Assembly (NCBI GenBank): GCA_036501425.1
Contig: DASYAI010000016.1
Location: 8,490-72,489, forward strand
Direction of reading: 5' to 3'
DNA length: 64,000 bases
DNA from: Acidimicrobiales bacterium
Lineage (GTDB): Bacteria; Actinomycetota; Acidimicrobiia; Acidimicrobiales; RAAP-2
The notes beneath the pieces are model-generated. The model was not told where the DNA came from. It worked only from the letters and a program-made list of their open reading frames with translations, and did no database searches. Below are positions 1 through 10,666 of this stretch, one piece after another. Every line of letters starts with the position of its first letter. The stretch's first letter is position 1. Made by a program: the position numbers and the translations under genes.

Positions 1-1386
1 AGCGGTCAGCGTGGCGGTGACCGAGATCGAGGCGTCACCGGTGGCCACCGGTGCACGCGCGCCGATCGTCCGTCCGCTCCTTCCCCGGGCGTCGGACCGG
101 TGCCGGCCCACCGACGCGGTGTCCGGGGGGCGGCCACCTCGGCGGGGGTCCGGACCGACCCACGCGGCGGGTGGCGGCGCGTCGAGCGCACCGGGACGCT
201 CGGCGCCGGCGTCCGCCCCGCCCGTGCCGGCGCCGTTGTGGTCGCCCTCGTGGTCGCAGTTGTGGTCGCCCTCGCGCTCCCGGCTCCCGGTCGATCCTGG
301 GACCGGCGTGCCGGCACCGGCGGGCCGCTCGGGCGGCTCGGGCGGCCCGGCACCGGCGGACGGCGCGGACGGCGCGGACGGCTCGCCCTCGGCGTGGGAA
401 TCGGGCGGCTCGGAACGGCCAGCCACTCCGCCGGGGCCGGCGCCGGGGCCGGACCCGACCGGGGAGCGATCGTCGCTCCCCGGCGGGCCGAGGATGCCCT
501 CGATCAGCTCGACCAGGTCCTGGCCGGTCCCCAGGGCCTGCCCGAGCGGCGTGGACCGCCGGTGGGCCAGCACCAGCGGGGCAACCCGGCGCACGTGGCG
601 GACGTCGGCGCGGACGTCGGCTTCCCAACCGGCCAGGGCCGCTGCGGCCCGGCAGATCGTGAGGTCCGCCCGAAGCCCCTCGGCACCGGCGCCGACGCAG
701 AGCCGGGCGACCTCCTCTTCGAGGCCTGGGGCCAGGGGGGCGGGCGCGGTCGAGGCCACGCGGTCGGCGAGTAGCTGCTCGCTTCGGGCCCAGTCGTCCA
801 CAAACCCCTCGGGGTCGCGGTCGAAGGCCAGACGCCGCCGGACCGCCTCCGCCCGGAGGGGCGGCAGCGCGGGGGCTCGGACGTCCACCGCCAGGCCGAA
901 CCGGTCCAGCAGCTGGGGCCGGAGGTCGCCTTCCTCGGGGTTCATCGAGCCGACCAGTACGAAGCGGCTCGAATGGACGTGGGAGACCCCGTCGCGCTCG
1001 ACCCGGTTGACCCCGCCCGCCGCCGCGTCGAGCAGGACGTCGACCAAGTGGTCGGGGAGGAGGTTGACCTCGTCGACGTAGAGGACCCCGCCGTCGGCGG
1101 CGGCCAGGAGGCCGGGCGCGAACCGGAGCCCGGCCTCTCCGAGCGCGGCGCCCAGGTCCAACGAGCCCACCACCCGCTCCTCGGTGGCGCCCAGGGGGAG
1201 CTCTACGAACGGCGCCGCGCCGGGAAGCAGCGCAGCCAGGGCGCGGGCAGCGGTCGACTTGGCGCTCCCCTTCTCGCCCCGCAGGAGCACGCCCCCGATC
1301 GCCGGGTCCAGCGCGCAGAGGACGAGGGCCAGGGCCAGCTCGTCCCCCCCGACGATCGCGGACAACGGGAACCCCGGCCGGCTCAT
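1..1386 (-). CDS. Fused ChlI/ChlD-type AAA+ chelatase subunit (probable ATPase partner of CobN); the 3' end runs off the window
   Basis: Absent from the ORF track because it has no stop inside the window. My translation from ATG 1386 (minus) reads [56 protein letters not shown]...[61 protein letters not shown]. That gives Walker A/B and the Mg-chelatase I family pattern, followed by a Pro/Gly/acidic linker as in ChlD. The frame is open for all 462 codons to position 1. ATGA overlap with the cobN stop. Confidence 0.8.
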   Translation of the reverse strand, partial: MSRPGFPLSAIVGGDELALALVLCALDPAIGGVLLRGEKGSAKSTAARALAALLPGAAPFVELPLGATEERVVGSLDLGAALGEAGLRFAPGLLAAADGGVLYVDEVNLLPDHLVDVLLDAAAGGVNRVERDGVSHVHSSRFVLVGSMNPEEGDLRPQLLDRFGLAVDVRAPALPPLRAEAVRRRLAFDRDPEGFVDDWARSEQLLADRVASTAPAPLAPGLEEEVARLCVGAGAEGLRADLTICRAAAALAGWEADVRADVRHVRRVAPLVLAHRRSTPLGQALGTGQDLVELIEGILGPPGSDDRSPVGSGPGAGPGGVAGRSEPPDSHAEGEPSAPSAPSAGAGPPEPPERPAGAGTPVPGSTGSREREGDHNCDHEGDHNGAGTGGADAGAERPGALDAPPPAAWVGPDPRRGGRPPDTASVGRHRSDARGRSGRTIGARAPVATGDASISVTATLTA

Positions 1387-4300
1387 CTGGCCTCCTCCCA
1401 TCCCTCGGCCTCGAGCACCGCTGCTCGCAGGGCCTCGAGCGCACCCGCCGAGGCTCGCCAGAGGCCCCGATCGGCGGCTTCGAGCAGCCGCTCGGCGATC
1501 GCCCGGAGCGCCCAGGGGTTCGACCGACCGAAGAACTCCCGCATCGCCGGGTCGGCCACGTAGGCCCGGGTCACCCGCTCGTACATCCAGTCCTCCACCA
1601 CACCGGCCGTCGCGTCGTACCCGAAGAGGTAGTCGACGGTGGCGGCCATCTCGAACGCCCCCTTGTAGCCGTGCTGCTGCATCGCCACGAGCCACTTGGG
1701 GTTCACCACCCGCGACCGGACCACCCGGGCCGCCTCCTCGGCCAGCGATCGCACGCGGGGACGGCGGGGATCGGCCGAGTCGCCGAACCACGCCTTGGGC
1801 TGGCGCCCGCTCAGCGCGCGCGCGGCGGCGACCATCCCCCCATGGTCCTGCAGGTAGTCGTCGGAGTCGAAGATGTCGTGCTCACGGTTGTCCTGGTTCT
1901 TCACCGCCACCTCCATGACGGCGAGCCGGCGCCGCAAGACGTCGGCGGCGGGCGTCCCGGCGCCCCCCCTCCCGTACGCCCAGCCTCCCCAGGCCAGGTA
2001 CACCTCGGCCAGGTCCTGCTCGTCGCGCCAGTTCCCCGACTCGAGCACGTTCAAGATGCCCGACCCGTACGCCCCGGGCTTGGGCCCGAAGACCCGGGGT
2101 TCGTCGGCTCCCGCCCGGGCGAGCGCGCCATCGGGCTCGTCGGCCGCCGCGGCGAGAGCCACCGCTTCGTTCACCAGGTCGATGACGTGGGGGAAGGCGT
2201 CGCGGAAGAACCCCGACACCCGCAACGTCACGTCGACCCTCGGACGACCCAGCTCCTCCCGGTCGATCAGGCGCACCCCGGTCACCCGCCGGCTCACGTC
2301 GTCCCACACCGGACGCACCCCGAGCAGCGCCAGGGCTTCGGCGATGTCGTCGCCGCCGGTCCGCATGGCGCTCGTGCCCCACACGACCAGCCCGACGGTG
2401 CGCGGTGGCCGGCCCTCCTCGGCCTGGTGACGCTCGAGCAGTCGGTCGGCGAGCTCTCGGCCCACCTCCCAGGCGAGCGGGGTGGGAATGGACCGGGGAT
2501 CGACCGAGTAGAAGTTCCGGCCGGTCGGCAGTACGTGCGCCATGCCGCGGCTCGGCGCCCCGCTCGGCCCGGGGGGGACGAACCGACCGTCGAGCGCGCC
2601 GAGCACGGCGCCGACCTCCCCCACGCTGGCTCGCAGGTCCGGGAGCAGCCGCCCGCAGATCCACCGCACCGACTCCGAGGCATCGGGCGGTGCCGTCCAC
2701 CCCGCTGCGGCGAGCGCGCCCAGGCGCCGAGCCACCTCGTCTTCCACCGCGTCCACCGATCGCCGATCGCCCGCTTCGAGCCGCTCGAGGAGGCCCATGG
2801 CCTCCGCGACCTCCTCGCGCAGCGATCGGTGCGAGCCCTGCGGCAGCCGGGTGACGGCCGCAACCATGTCGAGCTCCGCCTGGCCGCTCGGAGCGGTGCC
2901 CAGGACGTGCAGCCCGCCGCGGATCTGGGCGTCCTTCAGCTCGCAGAGGTAGCCGTCCACCTCGACGAGCAGGTCGTCGAACGAGGGGTCGTCGAACGAC
3001 GGGCCGGACCCGCCGCCGGGGTCCGAGGGGTCGCCGGCCGCCCCGCGCCCCAGGCCCAGGTCCCGGTGGATCTCGGCCTCCACCAGCAGGTCCCAGACCT
3101 GGCGCCGGACGGCCGGGAGCTTGGCCGGGTCGAGGGACGCGGTCTGGGCGTGGATGTCGAGCAGCTCCTCCAGCCGGGCGAGCTCGTCGTGGGCCTCGGC
3201 GCGGGTGAGGGGCGGGACCAGGTGGTCCACCACCACCGCATGGGCACGCCGCTTCGCCTGGGTGCCTTCGCCCGGGTCGTTGACCACGAACGGGTAGACG
3301 AGCGGCAGGGAGCCCAGGGCCGCGTCGGGGAAGCAGGCGGCGGACAGCCCCACCCCCTTGCCGGGCAGCCATTCGAGCGTCCCGTGCTTGCCCACGTGGA
3401 CCACTGCGTGGGCGCCCCAGCCCGACTCGAGCCAACGGTAGAAGGCGAGGTAGTGGTGGGTCGGCGGAAGGTCCGGCGAGTGGTACACGGCGATCGGGTC
3501 CTCGCCGAAGCCCCGAGGAGGCTGGACCGCGACCAGGACCCCGCCCAGGTCGATGCCGCAGAACGCCAGATCGCCGCCCGTGCCGACCTGGACCGTCCCC
3601 GGCGGTGGGCCCCAGGTGTCCTGCACCGCCGTGCGGGCGACGTCGGGCAGGGTGGCGAACCAGTCGGCGTAGGCCTGCGCGGTCCAGTGACCGACTGCCC
3701 GCGCCGCCTGCTCGGGCGCCAGGGCGGGCTCGTCATAGGTCAGGCCGTCGGCCAGCTCGGCCATCAGCTCGTCTCCGGACTCCGGCAGCCGCTCCACCCG
3801 GTAGCCGGCCTCCCGCATCGCCCCGAGGAGGGCCACGACCGAGGCGGGCGTGTCGAGGCCGACCGCGTTGCCCAGCCGGCTGCGCCGTGTCGGGTACGCC
3901 GAAAGGACCAGGGCGATCCGGCGCTCGCCGACCGGCCGGGACCGAAGCCGGGCGAGCGCGACGGCAAGGCCGGCCACCCGCTGGGTCCGGTCCGGCACCG
4001 TGCGATAGGCGCTCACCGGGACGCCGAGGTCCTCGCCGTCGTCAACCTCCTCCTTGAACGAGAACGGAACGGTGACGATGCGCCCGTCGAACTCGGGTGC
4101 CGCCATCCCCATGGCGACGTCGATCGGGGAGAGCCCGTGGGTCGAGCTCTCCCAGCGCTCGGACCCCACCGTGGCACACACCGCCTGCACGACCGGCACG
4201 TCGAGGGTGGCGAGCTCGCCCGGGTCCCACGAGTCGGCGTCGGCGGGCAGCGAGCCGGCAGCCAACACCGTGGTCACCACCGCCGCCACCTCGTGCTCGG

Positions 4301-4940
4301 CGAGGAGGCGCACGGCCGGGGAGGGCACGCCCGGTGCGACCGGCCGCAGCGAGTAGCAGTAGAGCGCGAGGGCGTTGGCGCCGGCACGCTCGAGGGCGTC
4401 GCACAGGTCGTCGACGAAACCGGTGTTGCCGGCCACCAGATGGGCCCGGTAGAAGACGACGGCGACGGTGGGGCGGCCGGCGAGAACCGGGCGTCGCCCG
4501 TAGACGCCGTGGTCGGGCACCACCATCGGGGGCTCGAAACCGAAGCCCTCCATCAAGAGGGTGTCCACCAGAAACCGCAGGAGATGCTCGAGGTTGCGGG
4601 GCCCACCCTGGACGAGATACTCGAACGCCTGGACCACGGTGGCGCCGGGCGCGCTCGACAGCTCGGTCAGCTCGGCGTCGGGGATCGACTCGCCGCCGAA
4701 GGCGAGCAACGGCACCCCCTCGCGAGCGCACGCCTCGGCCAGCGTCCGCAGGCCGCGCTCCCAAGCCCGCCGGCCGCCGAGCAGCCGGACCACCACGAGC
4801 TCGACGCCGTCGAGAGAGGGCGCGGTCGCCACGCGGTCGGGGTGCGTCGCCCGGAGGGCCGGAAAGCCTTCGGGGAGCCCCTCGGCGATGGTGCGCAGGG
4901 CGAGGAGCTCGGTGTCGGCGTTCGAGACGAAGAGGATCAC
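1383..4940 (-). CDS. cobN: Cobaltochelatase large subunit CobN
   Basis: Track ORF 1383..6722 looks like a protein only from GTG 4940 ([23 protein letters not shown]...). It shows CobN/BchH-family sequence along its full length ([25 protein letters not shown]). The upstream ~590 aa of that ORF are Arg/Pro-rich read-through across cobQ. GTGA overlap with the cobQ stop. Confidence 0.9.
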   Translation of the reverse strand: MILFVSNADTELLALRTIAEGLPEGFPALRATHPDRVATAPSLDGVELVVVRLLGGRRAWERGLRTLAEACAREGVPLLAFGGESIPDAELTELSSAPGATVVQAFEYLVQGGPRNLEHLLRFLVDTLLMEGFGFEPPMVVPDHGVYGRRPVLAGRPTVAVVFYRAHLVAGNTGFVDDLCDALERAGANALALYCYSLRPVAPGVPSPAVRLLAEHEVAAVVTTVLAAGSLPADADSWDPGELATLDVPVVQAVCATVGSERWESSTHGLSPIDVAMGMAAPEFDGRIVTVPFSFKEEVDDGEDLGVPVSAYRTVPDRTQRVAGLAVALARLRSRPVGERRIALVLSAYPTRRSRLGNAVGLDTPASVVALLGAMREAGYRVERLPESGDELMAELADGLTYDEPALAPEQAARAVGHWTAQAYADWFATLPDVARTAVQDTWGPPPGTVQVGTGGDLAFCGIDLGGVLVAVQPPRGFGEDPIAVYHSPDLPPTHHYLAFYRWLESGWGAHAVVHVGKHGTLEWLPGKGVGLSAACFPDAALGSLPLVYPFVVNDPGEGTQAKRRAHAVVVDHLVPPLTRAEAHDELARLEELLDIHAQTASLDPAKLPAVRRQVWDLLVEAEIHRDLGLGRGAAGDPSDPGGGSGPSFDDPSFDDLLVEVDGYLCELKDAQIRGGLHVLGTAPSGQAELDMVAAVTRLPQGSHRSLREEVAEAMGLLERLEAGDRRSVDAVEDEVARRLGALAAAGWTAPPDASESVRWICGRLLPDLRASVGEVGAVLGALDGRFVPPGPSGAPSRGMAHVLPTGRNFYSVDPRSIPTPLAWEVGRELADRLLERHQAEEGRPPRTVGLVVWGTSAMRTGGDDIAEALALLGVRPVWDDVSRRVTGVRLIDREELGRPRVDVTLRVSGFFRDAFPHVIDLVNEAVALAAAADEPDGALARAGADEPRVFGPKPGAYGSGILNVLESGNWRDEQDLAEVYLAWGGWAYGRGGAGTPAADVLRRRLAVMEVAVKNQDNREHDIFDSDDYLQDHGGMVAAARALSGRQPKAWFGDSADPRRPRVRSLAEEAARVVRSRVVNPKWLVAMQQHGYKGAFEMAATVDYLFGYDATAGVVEDWMYERVTRAYVADPAMREFFGRSNPWALRAIAERLLEAADRGLWRASAGALEALRAAVLEAEGWEEAR

Positions 4941-6463
4941 CGGTGCCTCCCGATCTCGATGATCTCCAGCAGCCGGGGCACGTCGAGGGCCGCCTCGCAG
5001 GCGTCGGCCAGCCGGTCGATCTGGCCTTCGCGCGCCGCGGCGAACGACACTCCCGAGGACACCCACCGCTTGCCCCGGGCCCGGGCCACCTCGCCGAGGA
5101 AGCGGTCCCGCAGGGGGTCGGACTCCAAGACGCCGTGCAGCCGGGTGCCGTAGAGCCCTCCGGCGCGATCGAGGCAGCCCTCGGGCTCCCCCGCCTCGAG
5201 GCTGAACCACGGCTCCGCCGAGGCGGCGACCACCGGCCGGCCGTGGTGGATCTCGTAGCCCTCCACCTCCAGGCCCGACCGGCGCTCGAGGCCGCGCCGG
5301 CGCCGGGTGCGCTTCTCCTCCTCGAAGCGGGTCGTCACGCCCAGCCATCCCAGCCCCCGGCGCACGGGCACCGCCGACTCGACGCCGCCGGGGTCCTCGA
5401 TCACCGATCCGAGCATCTGGTAACCCCCGCAGATCCCGAGCACCACCGGCCGGCGGGACGGGTCGGCCCGCCGGCGCTCGATGGCGGCGACGATGCCCTG
5501 CTCCTCCGCCCAGTCCAGGTCGGCCACGGTCGAGCGGGTGCCCGGCAGCACCACGACGTCCGGCTCGCCCAGGGCGCCGGGGCTGTCGACGAAGCGCACC
5601 GAGAGCGCGGGCTCGAGCGCCAGGGCGTCGAGATCGGTGAAGTTCGAGATCCGGGGGAAGCGCACCACGGCCACGTCGAGCGTCGCGCCGCCCGCACCGG
5701 TGGCCCCCCACGCGGCACTCGGGGACGGGAGCGACAGGGAGTCCTCCGCGTCGAGGCCGACGCCGGGCAGGTACGGGACCACTCCCAGCGTCGGCACCCC
5801 GCACCGGGCCTCCAGCACCTTGGTGGCGTCGCCCAGGAGCTCGGGGTCGCCCCGGAACTTGTTCACGACGAAGCCCCGCACCCGGTCCCGCAGGGCGTCG
5901 GGCAGGAGGGCGACGGTGCCGTAGAGGTGGGCGAAGACCCCGCCGCGCTCGATGTCCCCCACGATCAGCGCCGGGATCCCCGCCTGGGCGGCGAGCCCGA
6001 GGTTCACCAGGTCGTCGTCCAGCAGGTTGATCTCGGCCGGGCTCCCCGCGCCCTCGCAGACCACGACGTCGAAGCGGCGACGGAGCTCCTCGAGCGCGCC
6101 GAGCACCACCGGCGCCAGCTCCGCCTTGGCGGCGTGGAAGGTCGCCGCGTCGAGGGTGCGCCACGGACGCCCCATCACCACCACCTGGCTGGTGCGCTCG
6201 CCTGTCGGCTTGAGCAGGACCGGGTTCATGGCCACTTCGGGCTCGACCCGGGCGGCGCGGGCCTGAGCCTCCTGGGCCCGCCCGATCTCGTGGCCGCCGG
6301 CGGTCACCGCCGAGTTGAGCGACATGTTCTGCCCCTTGAAGGGGGCCACCCGCACGCCCCGACGGGCGAGCAACCGGCAGATCCCGCTCGCGACGTGGCT
6401 CTTGCCGGCATCCGACGACGTGCCGCACACCATCACGGCGCCGACCGTCCCGCCGGCGGTCAT
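4937..6463 (-). CDS. cobQ: Cobyric acid synthase CobQ/CbiP
   Basis: ATG 6463 gives MTAGGTVGAVMVCGTSSDAGKSHV... (P-loop). A C-terminal glutamine amidotransferase domain is present (ICGGYQMLG). 508 aa. The stop overlaps the cobN start. Confidence 0.9.
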   Translation of the reverse strand: MTAGGTVGAVMVCGTSSDAGKSHVASGICRLLARRGVRVAPFKGQNMSLNSAVTAGGHEIGRAQEAQARAARVEPEVAMNPVLLKPTGERTSQVVVMGRPWRTLDAATFHAAKAELAPVVLGALEELRRRFDVVVCEGAGSPAEINLLDDDLVNLGLAAQAGIPALIVGDIERGGVFAHLYGTVALLPDALRDRVRGFVVNKFRGDPELLGDATKVLEARCGVPTLGVVPYLPGVGLDAEDSLSLPSPSAAWGATGAGGATLDVAVVRFPRISNFTDLDALALEPALSVRFVDSPGALGEPDVVVLPGTRSTVADLDWAEEQGIVAAIERRRADPSRRPVVLGICGGYQMLGSVIEDPGGVESAVPVRRGLGWLGVTTRFEEEKRTRRRRGLERRSGLEVEGYEIHHGRPVVAASAEPWFSLEAGEPEGCLDRAGGLYGTRLHGVLESDPLRDRFLGEVARARGKRWVSSGVSFAAAREGQIDRLADACEAALDVPRLLEIIEIGRHR

Positions 6464-7464
6464 CGGATCCGCTCGAGGGCATCGACGAGCCGGGACAAGC
6501 CGTCCCCGTCGGGAACGGCGATCCGCACCGCGTCGGGCAGCCCGAAGGAGCGGCAATCGCGGACCACGACGCCGTGCCGGGCGAGCCCGTCGCGCACCCC
6601 GGCCGCCCGGTCGACGAGGACGAAGCTGGCAGCCGAGGAGCGAGGGGCGAGGCCGAAGCGCCGGAGCTCGACGCAGAGCTGGCGACGCGCCTCGGCAACG
6701 GACCGGGCCCACCTGGCGACATCGGCCGTCTCGAGGAGGTGAGGCAGCGCCCCCAGGGCGGGTGTCCCGACCGACCACCGGGGTTGGCGGGCCGCGAGCC
6801 GGTCCGCCAAGTCGGCGAACCCGAGCGACCGGCCCCCGTCCTCGGGCGCCACGACGTAGCCCAGCCGCAGGCCCGGGCAGCCCAGCACCTTGGTGAGGGA
6901 ACCCAGCACGATGGCCGGCTCGTCGCGCGCCGCCCGAGGGACGGCCGGCCGCCGGGTCCAGTGGCCGGTGGCGAGCGCGTAGAAGGCCTCGTCCCACACC
7001 TCTGCCCGCTCGTCCTCTGCGGCCAGCTGTCCGGTGGGGTTGTGCGGGTCGGAGCGGAAGCGCGGTCCCCCAGGGGTCAGAGCCTCGAGGTGACGGCCGT
7101 AGAGCGAGAAGTCCGGCGGATCGACCCTCCCCTGGCGCAGGAGGGTCGCCACCAGGGCGATCGCCTCGGAGCCGCCGTTGGTGAGCAGGAGGCGCCCAGG
7201 GTCCACCCCGAGCACCTCGGCCATCGCCGCTCTGGCCCGGGTGTAGTCCAGCTGGTCCGGGTATCGCCGGAGGGCTCCCCCGGCGATCTGTGCGACGACC
7301 GCCGGCGCCGGGTCCGGCGCGAAGGGGTTCACGCTGACCGAAAGATCCAGCACCGCCCCGGGATCCACGCCGAGATGGGCCGCCACCACCCGGGCGTCAC
7401 CGCCGTGGGGGCCGGCGGGCACCGGGGCATCACCGCCGTGGGGGCGGGCGGGTGCCGGGCTCAT
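6460..7464 (-). CDS. cobC: L-threonine-O-3-phosphate decarboxylase (PLP aminotransferase class I/II fold; CobC/CobD of the aminopropanol arm)
   Basis: ATG 7464. Motifs seen: PHGGD N-terminal motif, LDLSVSVNPFAP, DEAFYAL, and GSLTKVLGCPGLRLGY (PLP lysine). Sits between cbiB and cobQ with overlapping ends. Confidence 0.8.
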   Translation of the reverse strand: MSPAPARPHGGDAPVPAGPHGGDARVVAAHLGVDPGAVLDLSVSVNPFAPDPAPAVVAQIAGGALRRYPDQLDYTRARAAMAEVLGVDPGRLLLTNGGSEAIALVATLLRQGRVDPPDFSLYGRHLEALTPGGPRFRSDPHNPTGQLAAEDERAEVWDEAFYALATGHWTRRPAVPRAARDEPAIVLGSLTKVLGCPGLRLGYVVAPEDGGRSLGFADLADRLAARQPRWSVGTPALGALPHLLETADVARWARSVAEARRQLCVELRRFGLAPRSSAASFVLVDRAAGVRDGLARHGVVVRDCRSFGLPDAVRIAVPDGDGLSRLVDALERIR

Positions 7465-8426
7465 CGGGCGCCTCGTGGTCGGGGCGCGCCTCGTTCGCCG
7501 CCCCGCCCCGCGCACAACCACCCGAAGCAGCACGCTACGACGAGGATCGTGGCCACGTCGTCGGCCAGCGCCACGGCCCGCTCGACGTCCACGACCGCCG
7601 GGGCCGGTCCCTCGCCGAGCGCCGGTCGGCACTCGGGCCGCCCGGCGTAGCGGTTCATCCCGCCGAGGCGGAGCCCGAGGGCCGCGGCGAACGCCGCTTC
7701 GGCCACGCCGGCGTTGGGCGACGGGTGGTGAGGCGCGTCCCGCCGAACGGCCGTCCACACGGCGCCGGCCCGGCCCGGCCGGGCCAGGCCCACCAGGACC
7801 GCGGTCAGACGCGCCGCCGGCCAGCCCAGCAGGTCGTCCGCCCGAGCGGCCGCCCAGCCGAAGGCCTCGTAGCGCGGCGAGTGGTGACCCACCATCGCAT
7901 CGAGCGTGTTGACGGCCCGGTGGAGCAGGGCGCCGGAGGCCCCGCCGGCCAGGCCCCACAGCGCGGTGGCCACCACGGCGTCGGACAGGTTTTCGGCCAC
8001 CGACTCGACCGCCGCCCGAGCGATCTCGGGGGCGTCGAGGTGCCCGACGTCCCGGCCGACCAGCGAGGGAAGGCGCAGGCGCGCCCCGGGGAGGTCCCCG
8101 GACGCGAGGAGGTCGGCGATGGCGCACGCCTCGGTGCGCAGCGACCGGTGCGCCGCGCAGAGCGCCGTCGCCGCGCCCAGCGCCGCCGACGGTCCGACCG
8201 CCGCGTCGCCCACGCCGGCCGCGACGAGCGCGATGCTCCCTCCCGCAAGGGCGTAGACCACGCCCCGCTTGCGGTCGTCGGCCCAACAGCGGTCTTCGAT
8301 CCCCCGCATCGCCCCACCGAACCGGGCCACCGGATGCACCGGCCCCGGAGGCTCGCCCAGGATCCGGTCCGCCAGCAGCCCGACAGCCACCGGACCCCAC
8401 CGTCCGCCGGCGGACGATCTGGCCAC
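7461..8426 (-). CDS. cbiB: Adenosylcobinamide-phosphate synthase CbiB (CobD family membrane protein)
   Basis: C-terminal 321 aa of track ORF 7461..9356. Motifs: LLADRILGEPPGPVHPVARFGG, HHSPRYEAFGW, SPNAGVAEAAFAAALG. The start was chosen at GTG 8426 and is uncertain. Confidence 0.8.
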   Translation of the reverse strand: MARSSAGGRWGPVAVGLLADRILGEPPGPVHPVARFGGAMRGIEDRCWADDRKRGVVYALAGGSIALVAAGVGDAAVGPSAALGAATALCAAHRSLRTEACAIADLLASGDLPGARLRLPSLVGRDVGHLDAPEIARAAVESVAENLSDAVVATALWGLAGGASGALLHRAVNTLDAMVGHHSPRYEAFGWAAARADDLLGWPAARLTAVLVGLARPGRAGAVWTAVRRDAPHHPSPNAGVAEAAFAAALGLRLGGMNRYAGRPECRPALGEGPAPAVVDVERAVALADDVATILVVACCFGWLCAGRGGERGAPRPRGAR

Positions 8427-8491
8427 CCGGCGCACCCGCGGCCCAGCCGCCGGCGTCACCACGCGCCTGACGACCGGGCTCACCACCCGCC

Positions 8492-9247
8492 TCACCACCG
8501 GGCGGCCGCCACGGCCAGGGCCGTGGTCTCGAACGCCACGCCGAGGGCCCCGAGCACGTCGCCGGTGTAGCCCCCGAGCCGCCGGACGGCGAATGCCACC
8601 ACGGCCAGCCCGACCGAGCCGGCGCACAGCCAGGCCACCGCCCCCGGCAGGGTCCGGTAGAGCATCACCACGGCGAGGGAGCCAGCCAGCCCGAGCACTC
8701 CGACGACGAGCGTTCCCCGGCGCCGCTCGGGTACGAACCGGCTCGCCAGGCCGCCGTGCTCGGCACGCGCGTAGGGCACCAGGCCCATCACCACGACCAT
8801 CGACGCCCGGGCGCCCGCCCACACACCGACGAGGAGGACGGCCGACGGGGCCAGGGACGCGAGGGCGGCCCAACGGACGAGGAGGGCGATGCCGCCGGCG
8901 CCCAGCCCGAAGGCACCCACCCCGGGTTCGGCCATCACCTCGAGGCGCCGCGACCGGTCGAGGTGTGCCAGCAACCCGTCGGCCGCGTCGACCAGCCCGT
9001 CGAAGTGCAGCATCCCGGTGAGGGCCAGGTCGGCGGCGACCACCACGGCACCGGCGACGCCGGGCGGCCACGCCCGGCGTGCCAGCCACCAGACCCCTCC
9101 GAGGGCTGCCCCGAGCCCGCCGCCGACCACGGCGAACCACCCCAACGCAGCCGGCGTGGGGGTGCTGGCACCGCCGAGGGGCGTCAGGAACCCCACTGCC
9201 TGGCGAAATCCGCTCAGGGCCGGCCTGGCCCGAAGGAGGCCGCTCAC
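8492..9247 (-). CDS. cobS: Adenosylcobinamide-GDP ribazoletransferase (cobalamin synthase) CobS
   Basis: C-terminal 251 aa of track ORF 8492..10333. Motifs: FLTPLGG, MLHFDGLVDAADGL, GGYTGDVLGA. GTG 9247 overlaps the cobU stop (GTGA). Confidence 0.85.
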   Translation of the reverse strand: MSGLLRARPALSGFRQAVGFLTPLGGASTPTPAALGWFAVVGGGLGAALGGVWWLARRAWPPGVAGAVVVAADLALTGMLHFDGLVDAADGLLAHLDRSRRLEVMAEPGVGAFGLGAGGIALLVRWAALASLAPSAVLLVGVWAGARASMVVVMGLVPYARAEHGGLASRFVPERRRGTLVVGVLGLAGSLAVVMLYRTLPGAVAWLCAGSVGLAVVAFAVRRLGGYTGDVLGALGVAFETTALAVAAARW

Positions 9248-9807
9248 GGCCGGTGGGGCTCGAAGGGGTCGTCGAGCACGAGCGCCCGGCCGGCCACGAC
9301 CAGGTAGGCCTGCGACGCCACCGCCCCCACCTGTGCGTTGAGCCGGCCCAGGGCATCGCGGAAGTGGCCGCCCAACCGGGTCGAAGGGTGGACTCCCAGA
9401 CCCACCTCGTCGCTCACTACGACGGTCGGTGCACCGTCCTCGGCCCGGCGGGACAGCCCCTCGACCATCGCCGCGCCCCACGATCCCTCGGCATCGAAGT
9501 CGGGCAGCCCGGCGATCCAGGCTCCCAGGGAGTCCACCAGCGCCGGACCCTTCAGGGACCCGAGAATGGTGCCCAGCTCGCGCGGGTCTGCCGGCTCGAT
9601 CGTTGCCCAGGTGAGAGGGCGCCGGGTCCGGTGCGCGTCCACCCTTGCTGCCCAGCCGGGATCCGACGTGTCGGGAGCAGGTCCGGTGGCGACGTAGGTG
9701 ACCGCGGGACCCATGCGCCCGGCCAGCCGTTCGGCGATCTCGGACTTGCCCGAGCGCGCGCCGCCCAGCACGAAGATGATCGCCGCTCGCCCTGCCACTG
9801 CGTCCAC
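9244..9807 (-). CDS. cobU: Adenosylcobinamide kinase / adenosylcobinamide-phosphate guanylyltransferase CobU/CobP
   Basis: Track ORF of 187 aa with P-loop FVLGGARSGKS. It is the first gene after the riboswitch. The start codon is GTG, preceded by GGGGAAAGGG. Confidence 0.85.
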   Translation of the reverse strand: MDAVAGRAAIIFVLGGARSGKSEIAERLAGRMGPAVTYVATGPAPDTSDPGWAARVDAHRTRRPLTWATIEPADPRELGTILGSLKGPALVDSLGAWIAGLPDFDAEGSWGAAMVEGLSRRAEDGAPTVVVSDEVGLGVHPSTRLGGHFRDALGRLNAQVGAVASQAYLVVAGRALVLDDPFEPHRP

Positions 9808-9839
9808 GCGCCCTTTCCCCGACGGGACCGGGTGTCCTG

Positions 9840-10010
9840 CCGGGCGCAGTCAGGTCTCCTGGCTTCCGGATCGTCGCTCTGCTCGGCCTTCCCGCCCCGA
9901 AGGGCCGTGGCCATCTCGAGTCTCGCTCCCCGGTCACAGTTGCGGGACAGCCCCGGATCTGCCCCGGGTTCCCTGTGCTGCGCCAGCGATGGTAGCCGTG
10001 TCGGCGCCGC
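9840..10010 (-). promoter_or_regulatory. Cobalamin (B12) riboswitch, 5' leader of the cobU operon
   Basis: The minus strand reads ...CAGGGAACCCGGGGCAGATCCGGGGCTGTCCCGCAACTGTGACCGG...GCCACGGCCCTTCGGGGCGGGAAGGCC...GATCCGGAAGCCAGGAGACCTGACTGC. This contains the conserved GGGAA / CCCGCAACTGT / GGGAAGGC blocks and the B12 box (AGCCAGGAGACCTG, plus-strand 9846-9864). The boundaries are approximate. Confidence 0.88.
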
Positions 10011-10061
10011 GCTCCCCACGGCGCGCCCCCGCCTCGGGCATCCGCAGCGCCCGTCGAGGTC

Positions 10062-10613
10062 ATGGCGCCCTCCGGTAGCGTGCGGGGCGTGGCACGGGCC
10101 GGCTCGATCGTCCTCCTCAACACCGGCGACGGCAAGGGCAAGTCGTCGGCGGCATTCGGGGTGATGGCTCGCGGGTGGGCACGCGGGTGGCGGGTGGGGG
10201 TCGTGCAGTTCGTGAAGGGCGGCAAGTGGAGGACCGGCGAGCGCAAGCTCGCCGACCACCTGGGCATCGAATGGCACACGCTCGGCGACGGGTTCACGTG
10301 GGAGTCGACCGATCTCGACGAGACCGCCGCCAAGGGGCGTCACGCCTGGTCCGTCGCCGCGGCGAAGCTCGCCTCGGGCGACTACGACCTGTTGATCCTC
10401 GACGAGCTCACGTACGCCGTGAGCTACGGCTGGGTGCCGGTGGACGAGGTGGTCGCCGGGGTCGCCGGGCGCCACCCCGGCACCAACGTGGCGATCACCG
10501 GGCGCAACGCGGCGCCCGAGCTGGTCGAGGTCGCCGACACGGTCACCGAGATGCGCAAGGTCAAGCACGTCTACGACACCGGTGTGAAGGCCAAAAAGGG
10601 GATCGAGTACTGA
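10062..10613 (+). CDS. cobO: Cob(I)yrinic acid a,c-diamide adenosyltransferase (CobO/CobA/BtuR)
   Basis: Track ORF of 183 aa. Motifs: NTGDGKGKSSAAFG P-loop, LLILDELTYA, ITGRNAAPELVEVADTVTEM. Confidence 0.9.
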   Translation: MAPSGSVRGVARAGSIVLLNTGDGKGKSSAAFGVMARGWARGWRVGVVQFVKGGKWRTGERKLADHLGIEWHTLGDGFTWESTDLDETAAKGRHAWSVAAAKLASGDYDLLILDELTYAVSYGWVPVDEVVAGVAGRHPGTNVAITGRNAAPELVEVADTVTEMRKVKHVYDTGVKAKKGIEY

Positions 10614-10666
10614 CCGGCACCGCGCCGAGTGCCACCCCGGGGGCGTCCGCACTGGGCCCGCGGGTC

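Noticed and set aside
1383-6722. The 1779-aa minus-strand ORF read as one giant protein
   Set aside because: Only the C-terminal 1185 aa (from GTG 4940) are CobN-like. The N-terminal ~590 aa are Arg/Pro/Gly-rich nonsense produced by reading over cobQ in another frame.
10011-10061. A second cobalamin riboswitch serving cobO on the plus strand
   Set aside because: No B12 box or conserved core blocks occur on the plus strand. The remaining leader is only about 50 nt.
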